A stretch of DNA of 64,000 nt from the NCBI GenBank assembly GCA_965215005.1, contig CBDCCZ010000060.1, positions 96,001-160,000 on the forward strand, written 5' to 3'. Source of the DNA: Kofleriaceae bacterium (GTDB lineage Bacteria > Myxococcota_A > Polyangia > Haliangiales > Haliangiaceae). Of this stretch, positions 8,337 through 20,328 are shown in pieces; within the stretch, counting starts at the first letter, position 1; each line of letters starts with the position of its first letter. The notes under the pieces are model-generated. The model had not been told where the DNA came from, did no database searches, and saw only the letters and a list, made by a program, of their open reading frames with translations. The translations under genes were made by a program, and so were the position numbers.

Positions 8337-11300
8337 TGGCAATTCGCGGGCAGAATTTGGCCAGTCTCGGTGGCGAGTTCGCGCTCGAGCTCGATCAGGA
8401 TCCGCTCGCTTCCGCAGGCCTCTTTGCCATCACCGGGCCGACCGGCGCTGGTAAGTCAACACTCCTCGATGCGCTGTGCGTGGCGCTGTTTGACGCCACG
8501 CCTCGTCACGCGGATGGCAATCGAGTTCTGTTCGGGCGAGCCGAAGAACAGGAGCAATGGATTGCTGCGACGGATGTGCGGTCGCTGCTTCGTCGCGGCA
8601 CCGGCGTTGGCTACGCGGAAGTGGACTTTACCGGACGCGATGGGCGCCTCTACCGCGCGCGCTGGTCGGTGCGGCGCGCGCGCCAACGGCCCGAGGGCCG
8701 CCTTCAGGCGCAGTCGCTCGAGCTTCGCGACCTAGCGTCTGACCAGCTCATTGGCGGCGGCACCAAGAGCGAAACCCTGCTCGCGATCGAGGGCAAGCTC
8801 GGGCTCTCATTCGAGCAGTTTCGCCGCTCGGCCCTGCTCGCCCAGGGAGACTTCGCGAGGTTCTTGCGCGCCAACGAACGCGAGCGCTCTGAGCTTCTCG
8901 AGCGGATGACCGGCACCGAGATCTATGGACGGATCTCGGCCGCCGCGTTTCGCCGGGCGGCGGATGAGAAGGCCGAGCTCGAGGCGCTGCGCGCCGCCGT
9001 GAGCCAATTTGCGATTCTCTCCGATGACGAGCGCGAGGCACTCGAGGTGAGCGCGGGGCAGCTCATCGCGGTGCTCGAGACGTCGCGCGCGGAGCTCGAG
9101 CGCGCAAAGGCGGCGGTTGCGTGGCACGCCCGCGGCGCCGAGCTGGCGGTTGCCGAGGAGGCCGCGGCGGCTGACTGTGAAGATGCCAATCGCGACTGGA
9201 CGGAGCTCGAGGAGGTGCGACGGCTGCTGGTCGAGGTCGAGCGGGCGCGCGAGCTGCGTGCGCCCATGGAGCGAGTCGCTCACGCACGGGCCGCCTGCGG
9301 TCGTCACCGGGAGCAACGCGAGCGGCTCGACGTGCAGCTTGGTGACATGCGCGGTCGTGCCACCGAGATTGGGGCGCGGGCGGCGGCGGCCAGCGCCGTC
9401 CGCGAGCAGGCGCAGCGACACCGGGGGCAAGCCGCAGGCGAGCTCGATCGCGCCGCCGAGCTCGATCGAGCGTTGGCCGCCGCGGCGCGCGAGCATGAGG
9501 AGGCGCAGGCGGCGGCTGCGGAGGCGCAAGCGCGGCTTGCGCTGGTTCAATCCGCGGAGCAACGCGCGGCGGTCCGGTTGGCTGATTATGAATGCGGTGG
9601 CGTGGGCGCGCTGCGCGACCTCGATGAGGAGCCAGTCCTGGTCGAGCTTCGCGCGCGATATCGAAACCATCGGCAACAGCACGATGAGCTCGAGCAGGGA
9701 CGCAAAGCGCTGGTCGACGCCGAAGACGAGGCGCGCGATCGGCTGAAACTCTGCACAGAGTCGCTCAATCGCGCAGCTCACGAGCATCAGCTGGCCAAAG
9801 TGGTCATGGCGCGCGCTGAAGACGAGAGTCGCACGCAATCGATCGATGTTGCGGCTGCGGCGCAGGCCGCGGCGCAAGAGCAGCGCGAGGTCCTGCGCGA
9901 GCTGGCAGGCACCGCCGAACGGGCGCGCAACGCCGCGCAGGGAGCGCAGCAGGCGCAGGATAAAGCGCTGGCCGCGCGTGAGCGTGGGCGTGCTGCTAGC
10001 TCAGAGGCTGAAAAGCTGGCCACTTACTCCGTTGGCGCGCGCGCTCGCGCGCAAGAGGCGGAGCAAGCGCTCGAGCGGCTCACGCTGAGTCTCGAGCTAG
10101 CCCACCATCGCGCCCAGCTTCGAGCTGGACACGAGTGTCCGCTGTGTGGCGGGCTCGAGCATCCGTGGGCTGAGGATGCGCCCGAGGTGAGCGCGTTGGT
10201 CGCCGAGCAGCGCAGCGCGGTGGAATCGGCGCGCGAGGCGCTCACGGTGCTCGAGCGCGAACGCGCGGGGTCACTGGCTCACGCCAGTGCCAGCGAGGCC
10301 GAGGCGCAAGCGCATGAAGTAGATGCGCGCGCGGCGGCAGCGCAGCTCGAGGAGGGGCGCCGCGATTGGCGCACTCGACTGCGCGAGCTCGGCGAGCTGC
10401 CATTGCTCGAGGACCCGGTGGCCCAGGAGAGCGCGGAGTGGCTTGCCCGTCGCCGCGCCGCGGTGGAGCGTAGGCTGGGCGAGGCCAATGACGCCTTCGC
10501 GGTTGCCAAGCGACTTCATACCGCGCTAACCGAGGCCAGCGGGCGGGCCTCGGCGAAGGCGGCGGACCTCGAGCAGGCGCGTGATGCGCTGCGCGCGGCG
10601 GAGCGCGCCGCCGAAGACGCGGCAGCGCAGCTCATCGCCGCGGATCAACGGCGCGAGCGGCTTCGCGATGAGCTCGCGAGCTTGAGCGAGCGTGTTCGTG
10701 AAACTCTGAGCAGTCAGCTCGCAATGGCGCGCGAGCGGTTGCTCGAGCGCGTTGCGGAGCGCGATGGCCGGCAAGCGGTGTGCGCACAACGGGCGCGACA
10801 GGCAGAGGAGCTGCGGGATGCGCGCAGCCAGATGTTTGGCGGTCGCAGCACCGCGGACGTGCGGCGCGAGCTCGACGATGCCGTTGCCAATGCCGAGCAG
10901 GCGGAGCGCGAGGCGGCCACGCAGCGCGAGCAAATCGCCCAGGAGGTGACGCGACTCGAGGCCCAGCTCCAAGCTTGCGAAGCGGAGCTCGAGCTGGCCT
11001 CGCAGGAGAAGGCAGCGGCGGACCAGCTGGCAAGCGAGACGCTAATGCGGCTCGCGCTCAATGAAGCAGCGGCTGTAGAGCTGCTGGCGTATTCACCGCA
11101 ATGGGTGGCTGAGCGGCAGCGCGCGGTCGATGCCGCCAAAGAACGTCGCGCCCACGCCGCATCCATTCGCGAAGAGCGTGCCGCGCAGCGACGCATGCAC
11201 CTGCAGGATGCGCCCCCGGTGCTCGATGCGGCAGCCGCAGGGGAAGCGGCTCGGGTTTCAGGTGCTGCCGCCGATGCGGCGCAGCGGCAAGTCACCGAGC

Positions 11301-11890
11301 TCGAGCTGCGGCGCCGCTCCGATGATGACTCGCGCGCCAAGCGCGCCGATATGACGGCGCGCATCGCCGACCGGCAGCGACGAGCCGAGGCCTATCAATC
11401 ACTTTCCGAGCTCATCGGCTCTGCGGACGGCAAAAAGTTCCGCACCTTTGCCCAGAGCCTCACTCTCGATGCGCTGCTCGGCTACGCCAACGAGCATCTC
11501 GCCGAGCTCGTCGGGCGCTACCGGCTGGTGCGGGTGCCAGGCTCGGATCTCGAGCTGCAGGTGGTCGACCGCGCGATGGGCGATGAGGTTCGGGCTGTCA
11601 CCAGCCTGTCTGGGGGCGAGAGCTTCTTGGTGTCGCTGGCGCTGGCGCTGGCGCTGTCGTCGCTGGCGGCGCGGGACACGCGGGTCGAGTCGCTACTCAT
11701 CGATGAAGGGTTTGGCACCCTCGATCCCGCCACGCTCGAGGTCGCGCTGTCGGTGCTGGATTCTCTGCAGGCCTCGGGACGCAAAGTTGGGCTCATCTCT
11801 CACGTGCCCGGCCTCGCCGAACGCGTTGGGGTGCGCGTGGTGGTCGCCCCGCAGGGCGCGGGACGAAGCGTGGTGCAGGTGGATGCATGA
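8327..11890 (+). CDS. sbcC: Exonuclease SbcCD, SMC-like ATPase subunit
   Basis: Walker A GPTGAGKS, Q-loop LAQGDF, zinc hook CPLCG, signature LSGGE, Walker B LLIDEGFG, long coiled coil. Confidence 0.95.
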   Translation: MRLVAIRGQNLASLGGEFALELDQDPLASAGLFAITGPTGAGKSTLLDALCVALFDATPRHADGNRVLFGRAEEQEQWIAATDVRSLLRRGTGVGYAEVDFTGRDGRLYRARWSVRRARQRPEGRLQAQSLELRDLASDQLIGGGTKSETLLAIEGKLGLSFEQFRRSALLAQGDFARFLRANERERSELLERMTGTEIYGRISAAAFRRAADEKAELEALRAAVSQFAILSDDEREALEVSAGQLIAVLETSRAELERAKAAVAWHARGAELAVAEEAAAADCEDANRDWTELEEVRRLLVEVERARELRAPMERVAHARAACGRHREQRERLDVQLGDMRGRATEIGARAAAASAVREQAQRHRGQAAGELDRAAELDRALAAAAREHEEAQAAAAEAQARLALVQSAEQRAAVRLADYECGGVGALRDLDEEPVLVELRARYRNHRQQHDELEQGRKALVDAEDEARDRLKLCTESLNRAAHEHQLAKVVMARAEDESRTQSIDVAAAAQAAAQEQREVLRELAGTAERARNAAQGAQQAQDKALAARERGRAASSEAEKLATYSVGARARAQEAEQALERLTLSLELAHHRAQLRAGHECPLCGGLEHPWAEDAPEVSALVAEQRSAVESAREALTVLERERAGSLAHASASEAEAQAHEVDARAAAAQLEEGRRDWRTRLRELGELPLLEDPVAQESAEWLARRRAAVERRLGEANDAFAVAKRLHTALTEASGRASAKAADLEQARDALRAAERAAEDAAAQLIAADQRRERLRDELASLSERVRETLSSQLAMARERLLERVAERDGRQAVCAQRARQAEELRDARSQMFGGRSTADVRRELDDAVANAEQAEREAATQREQIAQEVTRLEAQLQACEAELELASQEKAAADQLASETLMRLALNEAAAVELLAYSPQWVAERQRAVDAAKERRAHAASIREERAAQRRMHLQDAPPVLDAAAAGEAARVSGAAADAAQRQVTELELRRRSDDDSRAKRADMTARIADRQRRAEAYQSLSELIGSADGKKFRTFAQSLTLDALLGYANEHLAELVGRYRLVRVPGSDLELQVVDRAMGDEVRAVTSLSGGESFLVSLALALALSSLAARDTRVESLLIDEGFGTLDPATLEVALSVLDSLQASGRKVGLISHVPGLAERVGVRVVVAPQGAGRSVVQVDA

Positions 11891-11921
11891 GCACGAGCGC
11901 GAGCTGCTATCGTGGGAGGCA

Positions 11922-12341
11922 ATGCTGCGCATGGATGCAGACGCTCTCCGGCAGTTTGCCGCGGAGCACTTCCCTCAGATCACTGGCGATTGGTGGAGTC
12001 TTGAGCTCGTGGAGGAGAGTGGCGTGACGCTGCGCCAACACGTAAATGAGAGGTCGCTTCGGCCCGGTGGAACGGTCTCTGGACCGACCTTGATGGCACT
12101 CGCCGACCTGGCGATGTACTTTTTGGTGCTGTCGCGAATCGGGCCCGTGCCGCTGGCGGTGACGACCAACCTCAACATCAACTTCTTGCGGCGTCCGGCC
12201 CTCGCCGACGTCCGCGCTCGTGCCGAGATGCTCAAGCTGGGCCGCCGGCTCGCGGTTGGCCAGATCACGATGTGCTCGATAGGGGACGCGGCGCCGATTG
12301 CGCATGCGACATCGACGTACTCGATTCCGCCGCTCCCGTAG
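11922..12341 (+). CDS. PaaI-family hotdog-fold thioesterase
   Basis: LRPGGTVSGPTLMALAD, AVTTNLNINFLR; GGGAGG SD before ATG 11922. Confidence 0.9.
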   Translation: MLRMDADALRQFAAEHFPQITGDWWSLELVEESGVTLRQHVNERSLRPGGTVSGPTLMALADLAMYFLVLSRIGPVPLAVTTNLNINFLRRPALADVRARAEMLKLGRRLAVGQITMCSIGDAAPIAHATSTYSIPPLP

Positions 12342-12406
12342 GATGGTCTGCGAACATCGGCTGACAGCTTCGCAGCCACCGATGGTGCGTGCTAGCGTTG
12401 CTCGCG

Positions 12407-12865
12407 ATGAAGGCCGTTTGCCGCGCCCGGCTCTTGCTGCTCGTGTTGGTAGCATCATGCGGAGGCAGCGAAGCGGCGCCGGTGTCGTCGCCATCGAGGT
12501 CGCCGGCGACCCCATCGGCTGCCGTCGTGCGGCCGATCGAGCTCGAGGTTCAGGGGACGCGCGTCGGCCAGTCGGTTCGCCTCGATGTCACCGGTATCGG
12601 TCGCGGCCACCTGGAAGGGGGAATCTTCGAGGATCCCTCGACCTGGAGCGTGCGTGCTTTCGCCGATGGTCATCCGCTGCAGCATCTGGTGAACGGTCCG
12701 GTGCAGGTGGCAAGGGATCCCGCGGGACGAGCCGACGGCGACCAATGGGACATCACGGTGCGATTCTCCATGGTGTTCGCAATGCCCGAGCAGTCTCGCG
12801 AGGTGGAAGTGCAGATCGCGGCGCCAAACGCGGCTCCGTATCAAACGACGCTCACGGGCCTGTAG
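12407..12865 (+). CDS. Hypothetical lipoprotein
   Basis: Signal peptide ending LVASC, Pro/Ser linker, beta-rich domain. Confidence 0.7.
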   Translation: MKAVCRARLLLLVLVASCGGSEAAPVSSPSRSPATPSAAVVRPIELEVQGTRVGQSVRLDVTGIGRGHLEGGIFEDPSTWSVRAFADGHPLQHLVNGPVQVARDPAGRADGDQWDITVRFSMVFAMPEQSREVEVQIAAPNAAPYQTTLTGL

Positions 12866-12867
12866 AG

Positions 12868-13022
12868 CTAGAGTACGCCGCCGCGGGTTTCATGACGCAG
12901 AAATCCGCCGCCCCGATGCGGGGCAAGGGCGACAGATTTCTGCTACTCAAGCGCCCCCTTCGGCGTCTCCCCAGGCGATCGTTGCTTTTCCTAGCGGTTC
13001 ACGACTTCGCCGTGACCGCTAG
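12868..13022. repeat. Structured intergenic repeat, copy B (opposite orientation to A, C and D)
   Basis: 12872-12989 matches the reverse complement of copy C with 7 substitutions in 118 nt by manual alignment. Confidence 0.92.
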
Positions 13023-13025
13023 AGG

Positions 13026-13183
13026 TACGCCGCCGGTCAAGATTGTCCGCTGAGCTACGATTGGCGCGGGTGGAAAAGCGTTCTCTGGCTCGCTAGCGGG
13101 CGTGGTGCAGCGGCTGGACAGGTGCCAGGCCCCCGACCATTGCTCGGAAGCCTGGAGGTAACTCGCTGAATAATCGGGCCCGG
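13026..13183. repeat. Possible second, degenerate palindromic element abutting copy B
   Basis: Starts with the same GTACGCCGCC terminus; imperfect arms CCGGTCAAGATTGTCCGCTGAGCTAC / GTAACTCGCTGAATAATCGGGCCCGG. Confidence 0.35.
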
Positions 13184-13279
13184 CCAAATCAACAGTGGTA
13201 TGAAGTGCGCTGGAACGCCGCAGTTCGGCGGCGAGCGAGACGAGCGCTCATTTAGCGTTCACGCAGAAAGAGAAGCGAC

Positions 13280-13597
13280 ATGTCGAAGAAACTGTTTGTT
13301 GGCGGCCTCAGCTGGGACACCACGGATCTGTCATTGCGCGAGGCGTTTGAGCGCTTCGGTGGCGTATCGGAAGCCAAAGTCATTACCGATCGCGACACCG
13401 GCCGGTCGCGCGGGTTTGGCTTCGTCACCTTTGATGACGACGGCGACGCCGAATCTGCCATCGGTGAAATGGATGGTCAAAGCCTCGATGGGCGTTCCAT
13501 CCGTGTCAACGAGGCGAACGACCGCGGTCCTGGCGGCGGCGGCGGTGGCGGTGGCGGTGGCGGTGGTCGGGGGCCGCGTCGCGATAATCGCCGCTAG
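13280..13597 (+). CDS. RRM (RNP-1) RNA-binding protein with Gly-rich tail
   Basis: RNP2 LFVGGL, RNP1 RGFGFVTF, poly-Gly C-terminus. Confidence 0.96.
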   Translation: MSKKLFVGGLSWDTTDLSLREAFERFGGVSEAKVITDRDTGRSRGFGFVTFDDDGDAESAIGEMDGQSLDGRSIRVNEANDRGPGGGGGGGGGGGGRGPRRDNRR

Positions 13598-13621
13598 AGC
13601 AACTCTTCAGTAATCCTCTTC

Positions 13622-13653
13622 GAGGGCGCGCCAGCCGGCGCGCCCTTTTTTTT
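13622..13653 (+). terminator. Rho-independent terminator
   Basis: GAGGGCGCGCC-AGCC-GGCGCGCCC followed by T8. Confidence 0.9.
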
Positions 13654-13706
13654 ATCTACAGCTAAGCGAAGGCCGCGCCGCCGCAGCTGCGCGCTACCAT
13701 GGCGGC

Positions 13707-14906
13707 ATGCAACTCGAGCTTTCCGATCGCGCCCGTTCGCTCGCGGAACGCGTGGCGGCGTTCATGGCCGAGCACGTCTATCCCAGCGAAGCGAGCTTCT
13801 TGGCGCAGGTCGCGGAAGGCGATCGGTGGCAGCCAGTTCCCATCATGGAGGAACTGAAAGCCAAAGCTCGTGCGCAGGGCCTCTGGAATCTCTTTCTACC
13901 GGATAGCGAGCGCGGCGCAGGCCTGAGCAACTATGAGTACGCGCCGCTGTGCGAGCTGATGGGGCGCAGCATGCTCGCGCCGGAGGTGTTCAACTGCAAC
14001 GCCCCCGATACCGGCAATATGGAGGTGCTCGAACGCTACGGCACCTCAGCGCACAAGGAGCAGTGGCTCGCCCCGCTGCTCGCTGGAGAAATTCGCTCGT
14101 GCTTCGCGATGACCGAGCCGGAGGTTGCGTCTTCAGATGCGACCAACATTCGCGCCAGCATCGTTGCCGACGGCAACTCCTACGTCATCAACGGTCACAA
14201 GTGGTGGACCTCAGGAGCGGGCGATCCGCGTTGCAAGGTGTGCATCTTCATGGGCAAGACCGATCCACAGGCGCCCCGGCATCTGCAGCAGTCGATGATC
14301 TTGGTGCCGATGAATACTCCAGGCATCGAGATCATCAGGATGCTGCCGGTGTTTGGCTACGACGACGCGCCGCATGGCCATGCGGAGATGAAATTTCACG
14401 ATGTGCGCGTGCCTGCTAGCAATCTGCTTCTCGGTGAGGGCCGAGGATTCGAAATCGCGCAAGGGCGGCTCGGGCCGGGGCGCATCCATCACTGCATGCG
14501 GCTGATCGGCGCCGCCGAGCGGGCGCTCGAAGCAATGGTCTCGCGGGTCAAGCAGCGCGTCGCGTTCGGCCGGCCGCTCGCCGACCAAGGCACGATCCGT
14601 CATGATATCGCCGAGAGCCGTATCGAGATCGATCAGGCGCGTCTGCTCACGATGCACGCTGCGCATCGCATGGATACGGTGGGCAATAAGGGCGCGCGCA
14701 AAGAGATCGCGATGATCAAAGTCGTGGCGCCCAACGTCGCGCTGCGGGTCATCGACCGCGCCATCCAAGCCCACGGAGGCGCCGGCGTCTCCAATGATCA
14801 TGGGCTGGCGTATGCGTGGGTCGCGGCGCGCACGCTTCGGCTCGCCGATGGACCCGACGAGGTGCATCGCGTCGCTATCGCCAAGCTCGAGCTGGCCGGC
14901 GGTTAG
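13707..14906 (+). CDS. Acyl-CoA dehydrogenase (ACAD10/11-like group)
   Basis: [51 protein letters not shown]. Confidence 0.95.
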   Translation: MQLELSDRARSLAERVAAFMAEHVYPSEASFLAQVAEGDRWQPVPIMEELKAKARAQGLWNLFLPDSERGAGLSNYEYAPLCELMGRSMLAPEVFNCNAPDTGNMEVLERYGTSAHKEQWLAPLLAGEIRSCFAMTEPEVASSDATNIRASIVADGNSYVINGHKWWTSGAGDPRCKVCIFMGKTDPQAPRHLQQSMILVPMNTPGIEIIRMLPVFGYDDAPHGHAEMKFHDVRVPASNLLLGEGRGFEIAQGRLGPGRIHHCMRLIGAAERALEAMVSRVKQRVAFGRPLADQGTIRHDIAESRIEIDQARLLTMHAAHRMDTVGNKGARKEIAMIKVVAPNVALRVIDRAIQAHGGAGVSNDHGLAYAWVAARTLRLADGPDEVHRVAIAKLELAGG

Positions 14907-14975
14907 CGCAAGGTGGATTGCTGCGGTGACCCACGATCGCCCGTGATTTTCGACGAATCCGCATGCAACGAGCGA

Positions 14976-15965
14976 TCACCGCGGCAGCGGCATCGAGATG
15001 ACCACGGGTAGATGATCGCTTACCGCGTATTCGTAGCCGCGAAAGCTCGCGTCGAGGTGCACGATCCGGGCGGTCTCGGCGCCGAGCTCGGGCGCCAGTC
15101 CAATGCCCGTGACGATGTGATCGAGAACCACGCCGCTGGGTAGAAAGGAAGCTTCGCCACGCTCGGCGAGCGGTCGCGTTTCGATATCGTAGCGGGTGCG
15201 CGCGTCGGCGATGGGCGCTAGAGCGCGCAGGCCCTCACCGGTGGTAACCACCTCGTTGAAGTCGCCGAGCAAGACGACATCTTCATCGACCTGGGCGACC
15301 AAACGCTGCAGATAGCCATCCAGTGCCATGACCGCAGCGGCGCGGCGCTCGCGATCCTCATTTCCACGGCCGGCTTTGAGGTGGATGACGATCGCGACGA
15401 AATCGAAGTTGCCGACGCGTGCGCGTAGCTCCAGCGGTGGACGCGGTAGCTCGTAGCTGCGATCGGTGAACAGCAGCTGCTGCCCAGTTACGGTAATGAG
15501 GTCTCGGCGGTAGAGGAAGCCAAGTTTTTGATAGCTGCCGTCGCCGTAGGCGTGCGTGGAGAGGATGCCTTCGTGGTCGGGGAGGCGTTCGACCAGCTCA
15601 TCAAACGCCGCTTCGTCTTGGATCTCCTGTAGGGCGACTAAATCGAGCTGAAGGGATGCAATGAGATCCGCCACTAGGCTCGCGGTGGTGTCGGCCTTGG
15701 GAAAGTTCTCGATGTTCCACGTCGCGATATCGAGTGTCTCGGGGCGACCGACCGCGGGCACCAAGTCGGTGCGCGGCGGCGGATAACGGCCCGGCGAAGA
15801 AGGCCCGGCATCGCTGGCAGGATTGCCCGCGGCTGCCGCATCAATCTGCCCGGCATCGCGACCACCGGCGGCCTCGCCACGATCGAGATCGCGGCAGCCG
15901 GTGACAGTGCCGAGCAGCGCGACCGTGCAGGCGAGGTAGGAGGTCCAGCGGGTAACAGCGTACAT
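14976..15965 (-). CDS. Endonuclease/exonuclease/phosphatase (DNase I-like) lipoprotein
   Basis: Lipobox VTGC; TWNIENF, LQEI, IHLKA, LGDFN, LDHI, SDHLPV. Confidence 0.9.
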   Translation of the reverse strand: MYAVTRWTSYLACTVALLGTVTGCRDLDRGEAAGGRDAGQIDAAAAGNPASDAGPSSPGRYPPPRTDLVPAVGRPETLDIATWNIENFPKADTTASLVADLIASLQLDLVALQEIQDEAAFDELVERLPDHEGILSTHAYGDGSYQKLGFLYRRDLITVTGQQLLFTDRSYELPRPPLELRARVGNFDFVAIVIHLKAGRGNEDRERRAAAVMALDGYLQRLVAQVDEDVVLLGDFNEVVTTGEGLRALAPIADARTRYDIETRPLAERGEASFLPSGVVLDHIVTGIGLAPELGAETARIVHLDASFRGYEYAVSDHLPVVISMPLPR

Positions 15966-15986
15966 CGAGTGCTATATTGCCAGGTA

Positions 15987-17234
<1,248 letters not shown>

Positions 17235-17351
17235 GTGCCGCCGCGGCGCGACTTTTTACAACGTTGTATTCGCTGCCCGTGAGCATGCTCATCATCGCGG
17301 GACCACGCGCGGTGCGCTACGATGGGCTTCTATCAGCAGGTGGAGGCCATC

Positions 17352-18497
17352 GTGGAGCGCACGCTGTTTTCTGAGGAGCACGAGCTCTTTCGTCAGTCGT
17401 TTCGTCAGTTCGTCGAGCGCGAGGTCGTGCCGGCGCAGGAGCGTTGGAACTCGCAGGGCATGGTCGACCGGCAAACCTGGCGCACCGCCGGCGCGGCGGG
17501 CTTCTTATGCCCCTGGCTCGGAGAAGACTACGGCGGGCCAGGCGGCGATTTCCTTCATTCGGTGGTGGTGATGGAGGAGCTGGCGCGCGCTTACGAGAGC
17601 GGCTTTGCGATGTCGCTGCACTCGGACGTGGTGGTGCCGTACATCGAAGCGTTTGGCAGCGAGGCGCAAAAGCGGGCGTGGCTACCCGGCTGTGCCTCGG
17701 GCGAGCTGGTGACGGCGATTGCCATGACCGAGCCGGGCACGGGCTCAGACCTGGCGCGCATTAGCACGACCGCGGTGCGCGATGGCGATCATTACGTCGT
17801 CAACGGCGCCAAGACGTTCATCTCCAACGGTATCTTGTGTGACTTGTGCGTGGTCGCGGTCAAGACCGACCCCAACCCCGACAATGCTCATCGCGGCATC
17901 TCGCTAGTGGTGATAGAGGCCGGCCGCGAGGGCTTCATCAAAGGCAAGAAGCTCGCAAAGATGGGAATGGCTTCCCAGGACACCTCGGAGCTGTTTTTTG
18001 AGGACTGCCGGGTGCCGGTGGCCAATCGGCTGGGGGAGGAAGGCGCGGGGTTCCTCATGTTGATGCAGAAGCTCCAGCAGGAGCGGTTGTGTGTTGCCAT
18101 TGGCTCGCAGGCCAGTGCCGAAAAGGTTCTGGCCGACACCATCGCGTACACCAAGGAACGCAGCGCGTTTGGCCGTCCCATCGGCAAGTTTCAAAACACC
18201 CAGTTCAAGCTCGTGGAGTGCGCCACGCAGGTGGAGGTCGGGCGGGTGTTTTTAGATGCGGTGCTCGCAGGCCACGTCGCAGGCAAGTCCCTGGTCAAGG
18301 AGTGCTCGATGGCCAAGCTTTGGCACAGCGAAATGGCCGGCGAGGTGATCGATACCTGTCTGCAGTTCTTTGGCGGCTACGGCTACATGCTCGAGTATCC
18401 AATTGCTCGCGCCTACATGGACGCGCGGGTGCAGAGGATCTTCGCCGGCACCAACGAGATCATGAAGGTCATCATCGCCAAGCAGATGGGGCTCTGA
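17352..18497 (+). CDS. Acyl-CoA dehydrogenase (long-chain type)
   Basis: AIAMTEPGTGSDL, KTFISNG, LQQERL, FGGYGYMLEYPIAR, IFAGTNEIMK; GGAGG SD before GTG 17352 (alternative ATG at 17322). Confidence 0.95.
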   Translation: MERTLFSEEHELFRQSFRQFVEREVVPAQERWNSQGMVDRQTWRTAGAAGFLCPWLGEDYGGPGGDFLHSVVVMEELARAYESGFAMSLHSDVVVPYIEAFGSEAQKRAWLPGCASGELVTAIAMTEPGTGSDLARISTTAVRDGDHYVVNGAKTFISNGILCDLCVVAVKTDPNPDNAHRGISLVVIEAGREGFIKGKKLAKMGMASQDTSELFFEDCRVPVANRLGEEGAGFLMLMQKLQQERLCVAIGSQASAEKVLADTIAYTKERSAFGRPIGKFQNTQFKLVECATQVEVGRVFLDAVLAGHVAGKSLVKECSMAKLWHSEMAGEVIDTCLQFFGGYGYMLEYPIARAYMDARVQRIFAGTNEIMKVIIAKQMGL

Positions 18498-18516
18498 ATC
18501 CCGCGGCGTTGTACTG
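18495..18516. repeat. Short fragment resembling the end of the structured repeat
   Basis: TGAATCCCGCGGCGTTGTACT versus copy C TGAATCCCGCGGCGGCGTACT; lies between convergent stop codons. Confidence 0.45.
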
Positions 18517-18519
18517 ATG

Positions 18520-19110
18520 CTAGTGAACGCCGCGGCTCGCGACGATGGTCTCGGGATCGATGCCGAGACTCTTCAATGCGGCGCTCCACATCTTGTCGGG
18601 CGGGGTATCGAACAAAATTGCAGCGTCGGCATCGGCGTGTAGCCAGGAGCCGCTCGCCATCTCGGCGGCGAGCTGCCCCGGTCCCCATCCCGCGTATCCA
18701 AGCAGAATGCGGACGCGTTCGGGCGGCGTCTCGGCAATGAGGCGCAGCTTATCGGGCGAGGTCGAAAGCCAAAGGTCCTCACTGAGAACCACCGTGGTGC
18801 CGCCTGCAAGCTCGGAAGAGGTGTCTTCGATAGAAGTTATGGGCGAGTGCAGCACCCAACCGCTGGTCGGCATCACGGGACCACCCGCCCAAATGGTGGC
18901 ATTTGCGGGGCCATTCCACGGCAGGTCGAGGCTCGCGAGCAGCTCCCCCGCGCTCAGCTCACTCGGCTGATTCACCACCAGCCCAAACGAGCCTTCGTCT
19001 CCGTGCTCGATCATGAGCACCACCGCGCGCGAGAAGTTGAGGTCGTCGAGCTGCGGCATCGCTAGGAGCAGCCCCGGAGCGAGCCGCGTCTCGGACAAAG
19101 ACGTCGCCAT
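18520..19110 (-). CDS. yqgE: YqgE/AlgH (UPF0301) family protein
   Basis: LLLAMPQL.D.NFSRAVV, GLVVN, GGPV, LGYAGWGPGQL..E...GSW. Confidence 0.93.
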   Translation of the reverse strand: MATSLSETRLAPGLLLAMPQLDDLNFSRAVVLMIEHGDEGSFGLVVNQPSELSAGELLASLDLPWNGPANATIWAGGPVMPTSGWVLHSPITSIEDTSSELAGGTTVVLSEDLWLSTSPDKLRLIAETPPERVRILLGYAGWGPGQLAAEMASGSWLHADADAAILFDTPPDKMWSAALKSLGIDPETIVASRGVH

Positions 19111-19269
19111 AGCGGCGAGACTATACCCTAGCGATCGCGGCTACGGGTGCAGCCGCGCCCAGTGGTGGAGCGAGCACGGCTGGTCGTGAGGCCGCGGCCG
19201 AAGCAACCCTGGCCGCGCGCAAAAGATTGCAACAACCGCGTCACGACTGGTGCGGCTGCGGGCGCTACT

Positions 19270-19418
19270 GGTTTACGACGTGAGTCGTAAACCGCAAAAA
19301 AAGCAACAATCGCTTGGGGAGACGCCGAAGGGGGCACGTGAGTAGCAGTAATCTGCCGCCCTTGCCCCGCATCGGGGCGGCGGATTTCTGCGTCATGAAT
19401 CCCGCGGCGGCGTACTAG
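19270..19418. repeat. Structured intergenic repeat, copy C
   Basis: Perfect hairpin GGTTTACGAC-GTGA-GTCGTAAACC, then AAAGCAACAATCGCTTGGGGAGACGCCGAAGG..., ending GCGGCGGCGTACTAG over the YceI stop codon. Confidence 0.92.
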
Positions 19419-20083
19419 CTGGTGGGCTGAAGGCTGAGCTGAAGCTCGGCGATCATCTCGTCGGCGACGGGGTCGGGCTCGCCGGAGGCCCCGGCCGGTT
19501 TGCCGATGCCAAAGTCGCTGCGCTTGAACGTGTGCTGGGCCTTGATGCGCACGCTTTGGTCGGTGGTGTCGATGACCTCGAACTCCACCGGCCAGGTTTG
19601 CTTCTTGCCATGCACGTCGACCACAGCCTGCGCGCTATAGCGGTTGTCTCCGGTTTTCTTGACCTTGGAGATGGCGATATCGGCGGTGGCGAAGCTTGGA
19701 ACATCTAGATAGTCGGGCGACTGCAGATGCTTGTCGCGCTTCTCGCTGTCGGTCTTGAGCGAGGCGAGGTTGACGACGATGTTGGCGCTGCCACCTTCGA
19801 GGTTGGCCGGGTCGAACGCCGCGCTCTTGACGTCGACGTCCTGGAACACCACCACGACCGGGTCCGTGGGCTTGGGCTCGCTGTGCGTGGCCTTGATGCG
19901 GACGTAGTCGGCGTCTTCGTCCATCATTGGCTCGGGTTCGGGCTCGGGTGGGGCTTCGGCAACGGGCGCCTCGGCCTCGGGCATGACCTCTTCGACGGGA
20001 GGCTCAGCAGGCGCCTCTTCCTTCTTGCAGCCGGCAGCGGCGACCAGGAGAGCGATAGTGAAGAGGATCGGATTTGCTTTCAT
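19415..20083 (-). CDS. YceI-like lipid/polyisoprenoid-binding lipoprotein
   Basis: Lipobox AAGC, Pro/Glu linker, SLKTDSEKRDKHLQSPDYLD, RSDFGIG. Confidence 0.88.
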   Translation of the reverse strand: MKANPILFTIALLVAAAGCKKEEAPAEPPVEEVMPEAEAPVAEAPPEPEPEPMMDEDADYVRIKATHSEPKPTDPVVVVFQDVDVKSAAFDPANLEGGSANIVVNLASLKTDSEKRDKHLQSPDYLDVPSFATADIAISKVKKTGDNRYSAQAVVDVHGKKQTWPVEFEVIDTTDQSVRIKAQHTFKRSDFGIGKPAGASGEPDPVADEMIAELQLSLQPTS

Positions 20084-20328
20084 CGAGATTTTCTCCAACG
20101 AGAGGGCCATGAAATGCGGCAGCAAGCTGCCAAGGCACTGACGGCGTGCGGGCGAGTGCCACGAAATGAGCTCCGTCTCCCGGCACCGTACACTGGCATC
20201 GGTGCTGGGAGCGACGGCTGAGCAAATTGGTTACGGAGGAACGCGCGTCATCGGACCAGGACGACTCGACGAGTGGTGCGCTTGGCGATGGGCACTGCTG
20301 CCAGTTTCGTATCGCCAGAGGATGGCGG

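Noticed and set aside
7086..11890. SMC-like ATPase plus nuclease as a Wadjet/Lamassu-type defence system
   Set aside because: Canonical SbcD motifs, a zinc hook and sbcD-sbcC order indicate the housekeeping repair complex
19315..19340. GGGGAGACGCCGAAGGGGGCA resembles part of a glycine riboswitch
   Set aside because: No P2 stem or CTCTCAGG element; it is part of a dispersed repeat found in both orientations next to unrelated genes
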